The notes below the pieces were generated by a model. The model was not told the DNA's origin. It did no database searches and saw nothing but the letters and a program-made list of their open reading frames with translations. The translations under genes were made by a program, and so were the position numbers. Of a stretch of DNA of 64,000 nt, positions 48,168-60,706 are shown piece by piece; positions within the stretch are counted from its first letter, which is position 1, and each line of letters starts with the position of its first letter. Source of the DNA: Somniosus microcephalus (lineage: Eukaryota); contig CM126214.1 in NCBI GenBank assembly GCA_052327205.1, positions 11,222,001 through 11,286,000 of the forward strand. Reading direction: 5' to 3'.

Positions 48168-48705
48168 TAGCAAGATACTGCGGATGCTGGAAATCCGAAA
48201 TTACAACCGAAAATGCTGGAAAAACTCAGCAGGCCAGGCAACATCCGTGGAGAGAGAAACAGAGTTAACATTTCAGGTCGAAACCCTTCGTCAGAACTGA
48301 GAAAAAAGCAGGAAATGAAACAGATTAAAAGGCCAGTTTGGGGGCGGGGAAATGGGGGAGGGGATGAAAGAACAAAAGGGAGGGTCTGAGAGGTGAAGAG
48401 ACATTAAGAGATATTCAAGGTGAGACGAGATGGTAATAGGACAGGTAAAGAGACAAAAGATGGCTCTAGATGAAGTGTGAAATGCGCTGGCGGAGTGAGA
48501 GACAGCTGCCATGTGGGAGAGAGAGGAGAAAAGGAAAAGGCACAAACCAAAAGTGTGGATAATAAAAAATATATAAATGTAATAGGGGCCGAGGTTATGA
48601 TCTGAAATTGTTGAACTCGATATTGAGTCCGGAAGGCTGTAAAGTGCCTAATGGGAAGATGAGGTGCTGTTCCTCGAGCTTACGCTGAGCTTCCGTGGAA
48701 CAATG
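48168..48705 (-). mobile_element. Penelope-like element 3' end (GIY-YIG C-terminus, UTR, hammerhead-like motif)
   Basis: TEAQRKLEEQHLIFPLGTLQPSGLNIEFNNF resembles the Penelope endonuclease C-terminus. Confidence 0.85.
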
Positions 48706-49209
48706 TTTACAATGTTTGCCAGCACAGGGGCCAGGAAGGGAAGTTGGGTGGTCAGCAGTGTAGGGCGGAATGGGGTTGAGGGAGCAGAAGATGGGTGTCT
48801 CCAATGAGACGAGCTCTCTTTTCCGCCCCTTTGACTAGAATGGTACAGAAAATTCCCATGTTGCTTGTTAGAAAATACATCTACTTGAAACCGCCAAGAA
48901 AATAAATCCAGCGCACTGTGTTTGATCTGTCAAGCCCCCGCCAGTGTTTTTCCCCAGGAGTCCAGTCTCCCGTTCACTCCCAAACTCTTTAATATTCCTC
49001 TTTTCCAAGCAACTATCTGGTTCCCCTTTAAAAGAATTTATGGACTCTGCTTCAACATGGTTTTGTGACAGAGAATCTCGCTTTCTAACCCCACCTTTTC
49101 TGGAAAGAAATTTTTCTCCAACCTCCCCAGTTAATTCTTTCGGATAAGCGTCTTAAATTTGTGCCCCCTTGTTAACATCTCGCCGGCCAGTGGAAACAAT
49201 CCATCACTA

Positions 49210-50140
49210 GATAAGGACATAGAGACACTGGGGAAGGCGCTTAAAAGATTTAAAAGGATGATTCCTGAACTGAGAGATTATAACCATCAGGAAAGATTGA
49301 CAGGCCGGGGCTCTTTCAAGAGAAAAGGGATATCTGAGGGGTGACCCAATAGAGATCTTTAAAATTACGAAGGGGTTTTATAGAGAAGCTGTTTCCACTT
49401 GTGGGGAGTCCAAACTAGGGGCCATAAATATAAGATAGTCACTAATAAATCCAACAGGAAATTCAGGAGAAACTTCATTACCCAGAGGGTGGTTAGAATG
49501 TGGAACTCACTATCACAGGGAATAGCTGAGGTGAATAGCATAGATGTCTTTAAGGAGAAGCTAGATAAGCACATGAGGGAGAAAGGAATAGAAGGAGATG
49601 TTGATGGGGTTAAAGACTTGCATTTCTATAGCGCCTTTCACGACCACCGGACGCCTCAAAGCGCTTTACAGCCAATGAAGTACAGTCACTGTTGTAATGT
49701 GGGAAACGCAGCAGCCAACTCCCACAAACAGCAATGGAATAATGACCAGATAATCTGTTTTTGTTATGTTGGTTGAGGGATAAATATTGGCCAGGACACT
49801 GGGGAGAACTCCCCTGCTCTTCTTCGAAATAGTGCCATGGGATCTTTTACATCTACCTGAGAGAGCAGACGGGGCCTCAGTTTAACGTCTCATCCGAAAG
49901 ACGGCACCTCCGACAGTGCAGCACTCCCTCTGCGCTGAAGTGGAGGGTCAGGCTAGATTTTTGTGCTCAAGTCCCTGGACTTGATCCCACAACCTTCTGA
50001 CGCAGATGCGAGAGTGCTGCCCACTGAGCTACGGCTGAGACTTAGATACGGAGGGGTGGGAGGAGGCTCGTGTGGAGCATAAACACCGGCATGCACCAGT
50101 TGGGCCGAATGGCCTGTTTCTGTGCTGTAAATCCGATGTA
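49210..50140 (+). mobile_element. Old CR1 3' end split by a minus-strand Deu-SINE (49611-50038)
   Basis: TRGHKYKIVTNKSNRKFRRNFITQRVVRMWNSL; tail resumes at about 50040. Confidence 0.8.
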
Positions 50141-50583
50141 ATTAACTCCATCGCAACCCGGCATAATCTTGAAGACCTCTATCAGGTCACCGTTCAACTT
50201 CTAGTGAGAAAGGCCTTTAACTTCCACGTCCTCCCTTTACCAGACTGGATTCAAAAAAATCCTGAAGAATCCCAGCGGTTTCAAACAAAATCCTACAACC
50301 TCCAAAGGGGGGAGAAAAAAAAACACTGGCCTTATGGAAGGCGTTACAAACCTTGTCGGATTATTTTGTGCAAAGGGTCCCTATTGCTTTGTACGTGTTG
50401 TAGAGGCTCAGAATCCATGTGCTTGTGTAATCTTTCATCGTGCCAATTAATGCTGGTAATTCTTCCGCTACATGTGTATCTGTCTGAGAGAAAGAGATCA
50501 ATTTCCTTAACAATGAGTCAGCAATAGGCGGACGGCGCTATTTCACACATTGTGCCCGGTGACTGACAGGCACGGTGTAGCAA

Positions 50584-50597
50584 GTTACCGTGGCAAC
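50584..50597. promoter_or_regulatory. Candidate RFX X-box
   Basis: GTTACCGTGGCAAC fits GTNRCC-N(0-3)-RGYAAC and lies in apparently unique sequence. Confidence 0.35.
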
Positions 50598-50837
50598 TGG
50601 CACTGACAAATGGGCGCTAGGCCTGATTCGTGTGTCAATTCCACTCGAAGGCTCCAAGAGAGTGAGCTGCAATCTTATAAACAGCCCTTAAATATAACAA
50701 GGTTAGTGTTCTTGATAAAGAAATAAATCATTTTTGGTTCTAATGTTTTCAGCGTGGATACACAGAACTGGAATATAAGCTGGTTTTAGTGCTATCGCGA
50801 GGTCAGTGCCGAGAACAGTATGGGCCCGTCCGTTTTA

Positions 50838-51215
50838 CATAGAAACATAGAAACTAGGAGCAGGAGTAGGCCATTCGGCCCTTCGAGCCTGCTCCGCCAT
50901 TCAACGAGATCATGGCTGATCATCCAAACCCTAGCACCCGGTCCCTACACTGACAGCCATCCCACCCAAGCCCTATCCCCGTAACCCCACGTATTTAATC
51001 TCCCCTAACACTAAGGGCCAATTTTTTATCATGGCCAATCAACCTAACCCGCACATCTTTGGACTGTGGGAGGAAACCGGAGCACCCGGAGGAAACCCAC
51101 GCAAACACGGGGAGAATGTGCAAACTCCACACAGACAGTCACCCAAGGCCGGATTTGAACCCGGGTCCCTGGCGCTGTGAGGCAACACTGCTAACCACTA
51201 TGCCACCGTGCTGCC
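50838..51215 (-). mobile_element. HE1-like V-SINE
   Basis: Near-identical to 39551-39925. Confidence 0.9.
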
Positions 51216-51350
51216 CTTTTCTCTCCAGTTTCCTCACCCTTTTCTTGCGAAGGTGCGATTCCTGCGGAGGAGCAGTTCCACAGGCCCCCGGCACCCCTCT
51301 GGTACCTTGCCCATGAACCCGTGCCTCAAGGCTAAGTCTAGACAGTGATC

Positions 51351-51622
51351 GGGCCCCGATTTTAACTCCGGGTGGATTCCCCGCTCAGGCCGGAGTGAAA
51401 ATTACAGCCGGGTCTCAACGGTGTCACCGGGCCGCAACAGTGCATATGTAAAGAAGGACCCCGTAGGCTCCGGGCGCCTGTCCTTTGCCGCCTGCTCAGG
51501 AGAGTGGGTTAAAATTGCAGACGTTGCGATCTTGGCGGCTTTCGGACAGGTAAGAGCCCAGGAGCGATTTTAACAGCCCGCCCGCCAGGTTTCTGCTGAG
51601 CGAGTCGGGTTAAAATCAGCCC
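51351..51622. mobile_element. Harbinger-like MITE
   Basis: gggccccgattttaactccg ... cgggttaaaatcagccc, flanks atc/ttc. Confidence 0.55.
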
Positions 51623-51931
51623 TTCAAGTGTCAGTGGGCTATTCAACTGTACGGGGCTTCACAGCTGAGCCTGATCCTTCCCTCATTCTTCGAATACTCA
51701 AGAGCAGGCACCAAAGCTGTGGGTTCTCCCCGCCCCTGACCCATTGGCACTGAGGCCAACAGCTGTCCTGGCTGAGGTAAGGTACTTCAGCGTAGATTGG
51801 GAACTCAATCTGGAATTTCTGATCACTGTGGCTTAGTGGCACATAGGTCGCTGCCTTTAACCACTAGCTCATCACAAGAACTATTCACAAAGATAAGGAT
51901 CATTGATATTTGCATTTATGTAATGCTTTAT

Positions 51932-52306
51932 TGTAGGAACGGAGGTTCCTAACGAAAAGACTGAGTTCGACTCAGGCAATCAAAATAACAAACTTTAATG
52001 GAACAAAACAGGTTTAAACTGGAAACTACTGGAATACATCGAATACAGGTCTGCTCTCCTTGAAGGCTCCATGAAGACTGATCCTCTGGTCTGAAAGCTG
52101 ACGTCATGACGTCATCACGTTCTTCCCGCCATTGGGGGATCACGTGACGAACGGCATGGTGTCATCGCGTTGAAACCGCGCTGTAAAGGTAACTAGACAT
52201 AGTACAGTTAAACAGTGTAATTAAAGGTACAGACACAGGCAGTAACTACATTGCTGTTAAAGGAATTATGTACAACCGCTCTGAGTCCTTTGGTGGCTCC
52301 ACCACA
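51932..52306 (-). mobile_element. Solo LTR family B
   Basis: TG...CA, perfect 4-bp TSD TTAT; diverged reverse complement of 62164-62523. Confidence 0.85.
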
Positions 52307-52323
52307 TTATCACATTAAATATC

Positions 52324-52612
52324 TGAAAGAAAGAGAGAAAGAAAGAACTTGCATTTCTATAGCGCCTTTCACGACATCAGGATGTCCCAAAGCACTTTAT
52401 CGCCAATGAAGTACTTTTTGAAGTGTAGTCACTGTTGTAATGTAGGAAATGCGGCAGCCAATTTGCGCACAGCAAGCTCCTACAAACAGCAATGTGATAA
52501 TGACCAGATCATCTGTTTTAGTGATGTTGGTTGAGGGATAAATATTGGCCCCAGGACACCGGGGATAACTCCCCCTTCTCTTCTTCGAAATAGTGCCGCG
52601 GGATCTTTTACA
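52324..52612 (-). mobile_element. Deu-SINE 3' part, followed by an L2 fragment (about 52615-52780)
   Basis: Consensus tail and central domain. Confidence 0.8.
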
Positions 52613-53719
52613 TGTGTCCCAAGGCGCTTCACAGGAGCGATTGTCAGACAAAATTTGACACCGAGCCACATAAGGAGATATTAGGACAGGGGAGCAAAAG
52701 CCCGGTCAAAGAGGTCGGTATTCAGGAGTGTCTTAAAGGAGGAAAGAAATGCGGAGAGGTTTAAGGGTGGGAACGCCAGACATTTCCCGCCCATCGGGAC
52801 ACTGCCAGGATCGGGTGGAAGGCCGGCTATGGACCCCACGGGTTAAGTTAAAATTGCCCCTTTACTGCCTATGAAGGAATCTTCCTTTTAATATCAGCTA
52901 GCTAACCTTCTCCCAACTTCCAAACTTGCAATGTGGCTTCCTTCCCAGAAGATCTGGTGAACCCAGTGCTGCCCTGACGGTGCTGCCAAACATTGAATTA
53001 ATAAAGTAATAAAGCCATGTGTTGCAGTCATGTCAAATTGAAATTGCGGAACGGGATCGAAAATAAAACCATCGTGACGTCTGGAAGCCCATCTGTGGGG
53101 TCTGTGGGGATTTCAGTGTGACGGGCACACTCTGATGTGGTGAGTGGGAGAAGGTTAAAACTGAAAGTGAAACAAATGCTACCTGTTTGGGCGGGTGGGG
53201 GGGGGGAGAATTCAATATTTCTGCATGACTTTCATTAAATATTCAAGGTGTGAAACTCGCAGCTGTCGACACAGAATCTAGCATGTGTAAAAAATAAACC
53301 TCAATTGCCTGAGAGACTCGTAATCCAGCCTGGTGCTCCAGGGCAGTACGGAGGGAGTGCTGTGTCGTCGGGAGGTGAGAAGTTGTTCAGGTGGATGTTA
53401 AAGATCCCACCACACTTTTCAAAGAAGAGTCAGGGGGGGTTTCTCCTGGGGTACAGGGGAATCTTCCTCCCTCAACCAACACTTCCAAAAATCAAATAAC
53501 TGGTCGCTCATCTCGCTACTGTTTGTGAGATCTTACTGTGTGCAACATGGCTGCTGGGTTTCCCTCTGTAACAGTGTTAACATTCAACTGTTAGTCAAAC
53601 TCTTTCCTCCTCTGCTTCACAATGACGTGGTTCGAGTGAGCATGAGACACTTGATGGTGGAGTATAAGGAACAGACTTTATTGATATCTAGTGTAGGTGA
53701 TCAGCCGAACTAGACACCA

Positions 53720-54492
53720 TGGCTGCAAAATTCGGTATGTTAGCACCTCCCGTTAGCGCCTGACGGGGGCATTGAGGGGTTAGTGCCCGGGCGCAGCGAA
53801 TGCAGCAACGCCCGCGGACTTCAGTGCCGGTTTAGCGCTGGCGCAAACTCTTAGCGCCTGGGCCTCTAGTGCCTCGCAGATCGTGACATCATAAAGTGCG
53901 CAGCGCCCCGTTATCGCCCCGGGTGGAAAATTGACTCTCGGGCCCCCTGCTTTTTCGCCTTGCGCCGACAATGCCAGTAAGAAGAGGCGTTGTGAACTCG
54001 GCTGGCCGCTATGGTAGCGGTAATTAAAGGGAATGCTTTTCAGCTAGCGCAACCTTTATCATGTGCAGCAGCCTGGTGCCTGTGCAAAGCGTTTAATGTT
54101 TCATTGGTGCCAGATGTTCGAGCCCCCCGCTTTGTGAGTGTGTGTTTGGGGCTGTAATGGCAGTCGCCCAGGTTGCCTTGCAAAACAGAACTGACGACAG
54201 CCAGCTTGTGCAGCATCAATGGCCCTCCCCTTTAAGCGAGGGAAGCAGCCTCTGTGATGAAAGAGCACCGTTTACAATGCGCTCGAAATTGTTTAGCGCT
54301 CTGCCGCTCCTGCCCCACTCTCGGATTTTAGCGCCCTAAGAGAAGTGGTTAGCACTTGATTTACTGCTCCACTTCCCCCTTGGAGCGCTAAAACCGAATT
54401 TCATGGGAGGCGCGAATGATTAGCGCCTGGCACTAATTTTTCAACTTTTAAAGTTTTAGTGCCCCAGCCGGGGCTATACCGAATTTCTCCCC
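53720..54492. mobile_element. Degenerate non-autonomous Harbinger-type element
   Basis: ggctgcaaaattcgg ... ccgaatttctcccc; subterminal ttagcgcc motifs shared with the 2182 and 11425 elements. Confidence 0.65.
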
Positions 54493-56454
54493 TAAAGAGT
54501 GGCTTTCGGTTTCTAGTTCTATCTTTCGAGCCCTCTGAAGAAATGTTGTAAACCATACTCCTTTATACACCATATATATATTTTGCCTACATCAAAGGTA
54601 CATGTCACAGACCTCATGACGTATCTGTTCCTGAATCCTTTGAAAACAGTCTATTTACATAAACAGTCATAGCTAGTCAAAGCTACTTCTCTCAAACAAG
54701 TCTTCCTGACTTAACTGTTCTCAAATCCTTTTATGAGTCGGCTTTATTAACCGTTATCATTCTATACTATAGTTAATAGATCCCTCTACCTATGTTTATT
54801 ACCCTAGCCACTAAAGTTATACTTTAATCACTCATGCGTGTTGTCATTACTGTCACTCATTTCCTTGCACAAGAATTTCTCGGCTATAACGCTCAAGACA
54901 CGAAAAGTAGAAGATAAGCCATTCTTTCTTCTCATGACACTTCAAAGCCATCCTGTTTATCTTGGAAATCCTGTTGCTTCAAGATATCAAAGAAATTCAA
55001 TTATTAACCCTTAACTCCCCAAGGTGTCCAACGTACATCTCTCCAGGATGCCCTGCAAACAACAATCACGAAGTTATTGAACATGAAGCGCTTTAAGATG
55101 TTTCTGAGAGATATGATAAGGAGCTATGTGAATGCAAACCTTCGCTTTAAACAGTTGGCCTGTTCCTTGAAAGTAGTATTAGTGTCCGGAACTCGGCGTG
55201 TTCTCTTCCCCTCCGTACCTTATTTTCTTTTGCCTTCTATGCTGTAGCATTCTACGATTCTGTGTCCTATTTTTGACCTTGTCGCCCCTCTTAAGGGAGT
55301 CCTACAGCCTGGCGGTGCCAGTCCTGATGGTTACACCCAAAACATTAGCCTATCTTTCTCACTCAGATCAGGCTTGGCTCTGATGCCCGCTTCTACCCTG
55401 GTCAAATGTGTTGCTGGTGGGCAGAATTTTAACTCCCTTAACCCCCAGTGGGAACTAAGTGGGTGGGGGCAATTAAAATTGAGCAGGAGTCTTACCCACT
55501 GGTCTCCCCCAGCCCCCTCCACCTCCCCCCACCCCCTCCCCCCTACCCCACCCCTGATCTGGCCAACTGCAAATTGAAATTGCAGCCACCAAGGACGCTT
55601 GCCAGAAGCCGGTGTGATAGTTCTTTCAATAGGCAGACTGGACTCCGATGATGTAGCCACGGCCCGACAGCAATTCTGACCCCAGGCCTGCGAGGGGAAG
55701 CCCTGGTGCTTTCCCCGCCAGGCCAAACTTGTTGGGACCTGGACCCAGGTCCAGAAGAAGCCCAGCCGGTTAGGTTATGTTTAATTGTTTGCACGTTTCC
55801 TCATTAGCATGGAGGAGAAGGAGGAGGAAAACTTAGGCCTCCCCTTCACCCGGGCTTCCTTCCCTCTTGGCTTGACTGCGATCTCTTCCCGACCCCCACC
55901 TCCCGACCCCCACCCCCCGACCACCTGATCACTTACTTTAGTATCGAGGACGTATCCTTCGGCTGATTTTACCGGCCGGTCAGCCCCTTCCGGCTGACTT
56001 CCCCAGGTGTTTATGGTCTGGAAGTTGGCCAGGCTGTGGGAATCAACTGGGCCTCCCGGACAGGCTTGGCCGCCCGCTAGGCTGCATTCCCGCCTGGGAG
56101 CAAGTCAACCTCACCCTCTTAACTCACACATGGGCCCTTGAGTAGGGTAAGAAAGTTCAGGTTGCCAGTCCTCCAGGACTGTCCTGGAGTCTCCAGGAAT
56201 TAAAGGTTCGCGGGTGAAAATTGGTAGGGGGGGGGGGGTTAAAAAAAAAATTGGGTGTTCTTATATTTTCTTTGAACACTTTTGTTTTTTAGTTACAGAA
56301 ATAGTGGCGATGGGGCGGGGTGGGGGGTGGGGGGGAGGAAGAAAGGGCTGCTTGACCAACAGTCAAGAATCAACTAAACCGGGTAATAAAGTGTTTGTTC
56401 ACTTTCCAATTGGTGTGGGAAGGCCATGTAGATGGACACGTCAGGTGAACAATG

Positions 56455-56895
56455 GCTTTTTTTTAAATTCGTTTATGGGATGTGGGCAAGGCCAGCATTT
56501 ATTGCCTATCCCTAATTTCCCTTGAGAAGGTGGTGGTGAGCCGCCTTCTTGAACCGCTGCAGTCCGTGTGGTGAAGGTGCTCCCACAGTGCTGTTAGGGA
56601 GGGAGTTCCAGGATTTTGACCCAACAACGATGAAGGAACGGCCGATATATTCCCAAGTCGGCATGGTTTGTGACTTGGTGGGGAACGTGCAGGTGGTGGT
56701 GTTCCCATGCGCCTGCTGTCCTTGTCCTTCTAGGTGGAAGAGGTCGCGGGTTTGGGAGGTGCTGCCGAAGAAGCCTTGTCGAGTTGCTGCAGTGCATCTT
56801 GTAGATGGTACACACTGCAGCCACGGTACGCCGGTAGTGGAGGGAGTGAATGTTTAAGGTAGTGGATGGGGTGCCAATCAAGCGGGCTGCTTTGT
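56455..56895 (-). mobile_element. Non-LTR retrotransposon 3' end (clade uncertain) inserted in a hAT MITE (about 56159-56977)
   Basis: LNIHSLHYRRTVAAVCTIYKMHC C-terminal peptide; A-rich tail on the minus strand. Confidence 0.7.
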
Positions 56896-58109
56896 GACCG
56901 TGGGGTTGGAGCGGTTGGAGGTAGGAGATTATGCGGTGAAATCCCCAGGAATATGTCGAACCAGAGCTGGCATCCCTACCGAGTGAGCTGTCAGTGCCGA
57001 TGGGACTGTGCCCCAGTAAAAAGATGGTGTTGAGGAAATGTCAGCACAGAAATTTAAAAATATATATATTTATATTAAAGGTTATTTTGTTATTGCAGGA
57101 GTCTTTTATACTCTGTTTATATCACTGCCCAGCCTTTGGTTGCGATGCTGTAATACATACCCCATTTACCTTACAGAATCAAACAGCAACAGAATCAGAC
57201 GTGACGCTGTAAAATATAAGGAAAGAAAGACTTACATTTCTATAGTGCCTTTCACGACCTCAGGACGTCCCAAAGCGCTGTACAGCCAATGAAGTGCTGT
57301 TGAAGTGTAGTCACTGTTGTAATGTAGGGGGACGAGGACCCTGTGCCCTCAGAAGGGAAGAGAAAGTCAGATGGAAAAGAAACTAATGTTATTATTAGGC
57401 ATGCAGGGCAAACTCAAAGGAGCCAATTGACAGTAACTGTTCTTCAAAGGAACATGTCAGAGCAAAACCTTCTGCTCCTCCATGCTTTTGACAGTAACTA
57501 GTTTTGTCGTGTTTCACATTCACAAAACCGCCAACTCTAATTCTGTAAGGGTGACCTACAGTTTCCAAGTTCATCTCCTGATGCAGATACATAAATGCTT
57601 GATTATTCTGTGTGACAGAAGCCAGGATCGCTTATGCGCATCGTGACACTTTCACTCTGATACTGTCACAAACAATAAGCATTTTTTATTTTTATTTTTT
57701 TAGCACCTTCAAGAACCTCTTAGCAAGGTTTATTCGCAGCCCAGCTTCAACGGACTCCTGTGAGCTGTTAAGCAGCCTCTGCTACGAGGGTTGACGAGAT
57801 ATTAAAGGACTTGAACAGTCCTAGGTGGGAAGTTGCGTGTCATGTTTGCTCTACTCAGTGAATTCCTCTTGTCTTTATTCAGTTAGACATAGAATTATAT
57901 TCTTGCCTCTCCTCCCTTTGTGGCCGACGCATAGACCTTTCCAGCTGGCGAGGCAGGACGAGCTGGGCCCCGGATAATTTCCCACACTGACAGCTCCTGC
58001 CACTCACACGGGGAGGGGTGGAGGAGCACAGTCGGATTCTAATTATGTTCTTCGCATTAACTTCCAAAGTGTAGGGCAGATAGCCGTGGCTCACTGGGCA
58101 GCGCTTTCG

Positions 58110-58573
58110 TAGAAACATAGAAGATAGGAACAGGAGTAGGCCATTCAGCCCCTTGAGCCTGCTCCGCCATTCAATGCGATCATGACTGATCATCCAAATT
58201 CAGTACCCTGTCCCTGCTTTCTCCCCATATCCCTTGATCCCCTTAGCCTTAAGAAATATATCTAACTCCTTCTTAAATATATTTAATGAATTGGCCTCAA
58301 CTGCCTTCTGTGGTAGAGAATTCCACAGGTTCACCACTCTCTGGGTGAAGAAATTCCTCCTCATCTCAGTCCTAAATGGCTTACCCCTTATCTTTAGACT
58401 GTGACCCCGGTTCTGGACTCCCCCGCCATCGGGAACATCCTTCCTGCATCTAGTCTGTCTAGTCCTGTTAGAATTTTATAAGTTTCAATGAGATCCCCTC
58501 TCATTCTTCTAAACTCCAGCGAATATAAGCCTAATCGACCCAATCTCTCCTCGTATGTCATTCCTGCCATCCC
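58110..58573 (-). mobile_element. HER1-like CR1 LINE 3' end
   Basis: GMAGMTYEERLGRLGLYSLEFRRMRGDLIETYKIL; catagaa tail. Confidence 0.9.
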
Positions 58574-58980
58574 ACCTCTGAACCAGAAGGGGTTGTGGAT
58601 TCCAGCCCCACTCCAGAGCCTTGAGCGCACAATCTAGGCTGACGCGCCAGTGCTGCATTGTGGGAGGTGCCGCCTTTCAGACGAGGCCCCGTCTGCTCTC
58701 TCTCTCAGGTTGACGTAAAAGATCCCGCGGCCACTATTTCGAAGAAGAGCAGGGGGGAGTTCTCCCCGGTGTCCTGGCCAATATTTACCCCTCAATCAAC
58801 ATGTGATCTGGTCATTATCACATTGCTGTTTGTGGGAGCTTGCTGTGCACAAATTGGCTGCCACGTTTCCCACATTACAACAGTGGCTACACTTCAAAAC
58901 AAGTACTGAATTGGCTGTAAAGCGCTTTGGAACATCCTGAGGTCGTGAAAGGCACTACAGAAATGCAAGTCTTTCTTTTT
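58574..58980 (+). mobile_element. Deu-SINE
   Basis: Consensus head remnant, body and tail. Confidence 0.85.
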
Positions 58981-59106
58981 ATCTATGAAGTGACCCCCCA
59001 AGCTTGGATTTCAAAAGCCTGTTGATTGTAGGAAGGAGAAATACGGAGGGAGGTGAACAAGAACGAGTTTGAGTGGGAATGGTGCAGGGATTGGTGATTT
59101 GGAAGC

Positions 59107-59880
59107 GTCAGCCATGGCTCAGTGGGCAGCACTCCCACCGCTGACTCAGAAGGTTGTGGGTTCAAGTCCCACTCCAGAGACTTGAGCACAAATTCTAGGC
59201 TGACACTCCCAGTGCTGCACTGTCAGAGGTGTCGTCTTTTGGATGAGACATTAAACCGAGGCCCCGTCTGCTCTCTCAGGTGGATGTAAAAGATCCCAAG
59301 GCCACTATTTCAGAGAAGAGCAGGGGAATTATCCTTGACCAGTATTTATCCCTCAATCAACATCACTAAAACAGATTATCTGGTCATTACAGGAAACTCT
59401 CGTTTAAACGGCACCTAAATATCCAGAATTCTCTATTAACCGGCAAAACGCATACTCCAAAAACAACACCTCAATAACCGGAAATGTTGCCGAGTCCGAG
59501 TCTCCCGCGGTGGCCGAGTTCGTCAGTGGGGGTAGTTCGCCAAACTGCCACTACTCGGCTTCTTGGCGCTGTCGGAAGTCCGAACACCTCAACAACAGGA
59601 GTTTGACTCTTTGTTAAAAATAGCCTCGGTAGATAACCCTCTCCGTCATCCGGACTTTTTAATCAACCGACACCATCCCGGTCCCGTCGGTGCCGGATAC
59701 CAAAGAGTTTCCTGTATCACATTGCTGTTTGTGGGAGCTTGCTGTGCGCAAATTGGCTGCCACGTTTCCTAAATTACAACAGTGGCTACGCTTCAAAGGT
59801 ATTTCATTGGCTGCAAAGCGCTTTGGGACATCCTGAGGTTGTGAAAGGCGCTATAGAAATGCAAGTTCTTTCTTTTCTTT
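59107..59880 (+). mobile_element. Deu-SINE split by a TA-flanked MITE
   Basis: ggtcatta|...|tatcacattgctg. Confidence 0.85.
59390..59714. mobile_element. Tc1/mariner-pogo type MITE
   Basis: TIRs CAGGAAACTCT / AGAGTTTCCTG, TA duplication. Confidence 0.85.
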
Positions 59881-60224
59881 TTAGACACTGTGAGGATGCA
59901 CGTTGCACTGTGGGCAAGCAGCGTGCCTAAATGAAGCTTTATTTTCATTTATTGTGCATTTTTCGGGAATACTTCCCCAAAGATCCTCACCGATTCTGAG
60001 TATTAATTTGAGCGCTGGCTGCAGTCAGTAGCCATTTTCTTCGCTGTCTCTTTGTCATATGCCGCCAACAGGTTTTACTTTGAGATAAACTCAACAGGAC
60101 TCCAAAATGGCTTGATGATTTCAGACTGCAGAACGTAAGTCTAATGTCACCCTGACATTTTAAATTTGCCTCGTCTCAGTGACTGTGGATTTTTTGCTAA
60201 ACTTGAACAAAACATATCCGTTAG

Positions 60225-60372
60225 AATCCTAGAATGATACAGCGTAGAAGGAGGCCATTCTGCCCATCGTGCCTGTACCGGCTCTTTGGTAGAGCTCTCC
60301 AATTAGTCCCACTCCTCTGCTCTTTCCCCATAGCCCTGCAAATTTTTCCCCTTCAAGTATTTATCCAATTCC
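60225..60372 (-). mobile_element. CR1 LINE 3' tail fragment
   Basis: tagaatcctagaatgatacagc...ggccattctgcccatcgtgcc. Confidence 0.7.
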
Positions 60373-60479
60373 CAAGGTGGTTGTTAGTGTGTTGCAAAAT
60401 AGCTAGGTAATTCCACTCAAGAGATCACAAAGCTTTGCCATCTTTTTTAACAGGGTAGGATCACAGTTCTTATTCCTTC

Positions 60480-60706
60480 TGACATGAATCAGTCATTCAT
60501 GAAAGAAAGACTTATGAAATAAGACTGAGCGGCCTACGGGTGGCGCTGTCCAGGGAGAGTATGAATACTCGGGCACGGGCCCAGCTTGCGCAGGACATTC
60601 TTAACAGGAACTAGTGAAGGACACAACTAGACCTCCATGTTGTAAAACAGTTGATTAAAGCTTTGTTTAACGCTTAGACCAAGTGCCTAGTAGTTTTCTT
60701 ACGTCA
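60480..60706 (+). mobile_element. Solo LTR family A, subfamily 2
   Basis: TG...CA, TSD ccttc/ctttc. Confidence 0.9.
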
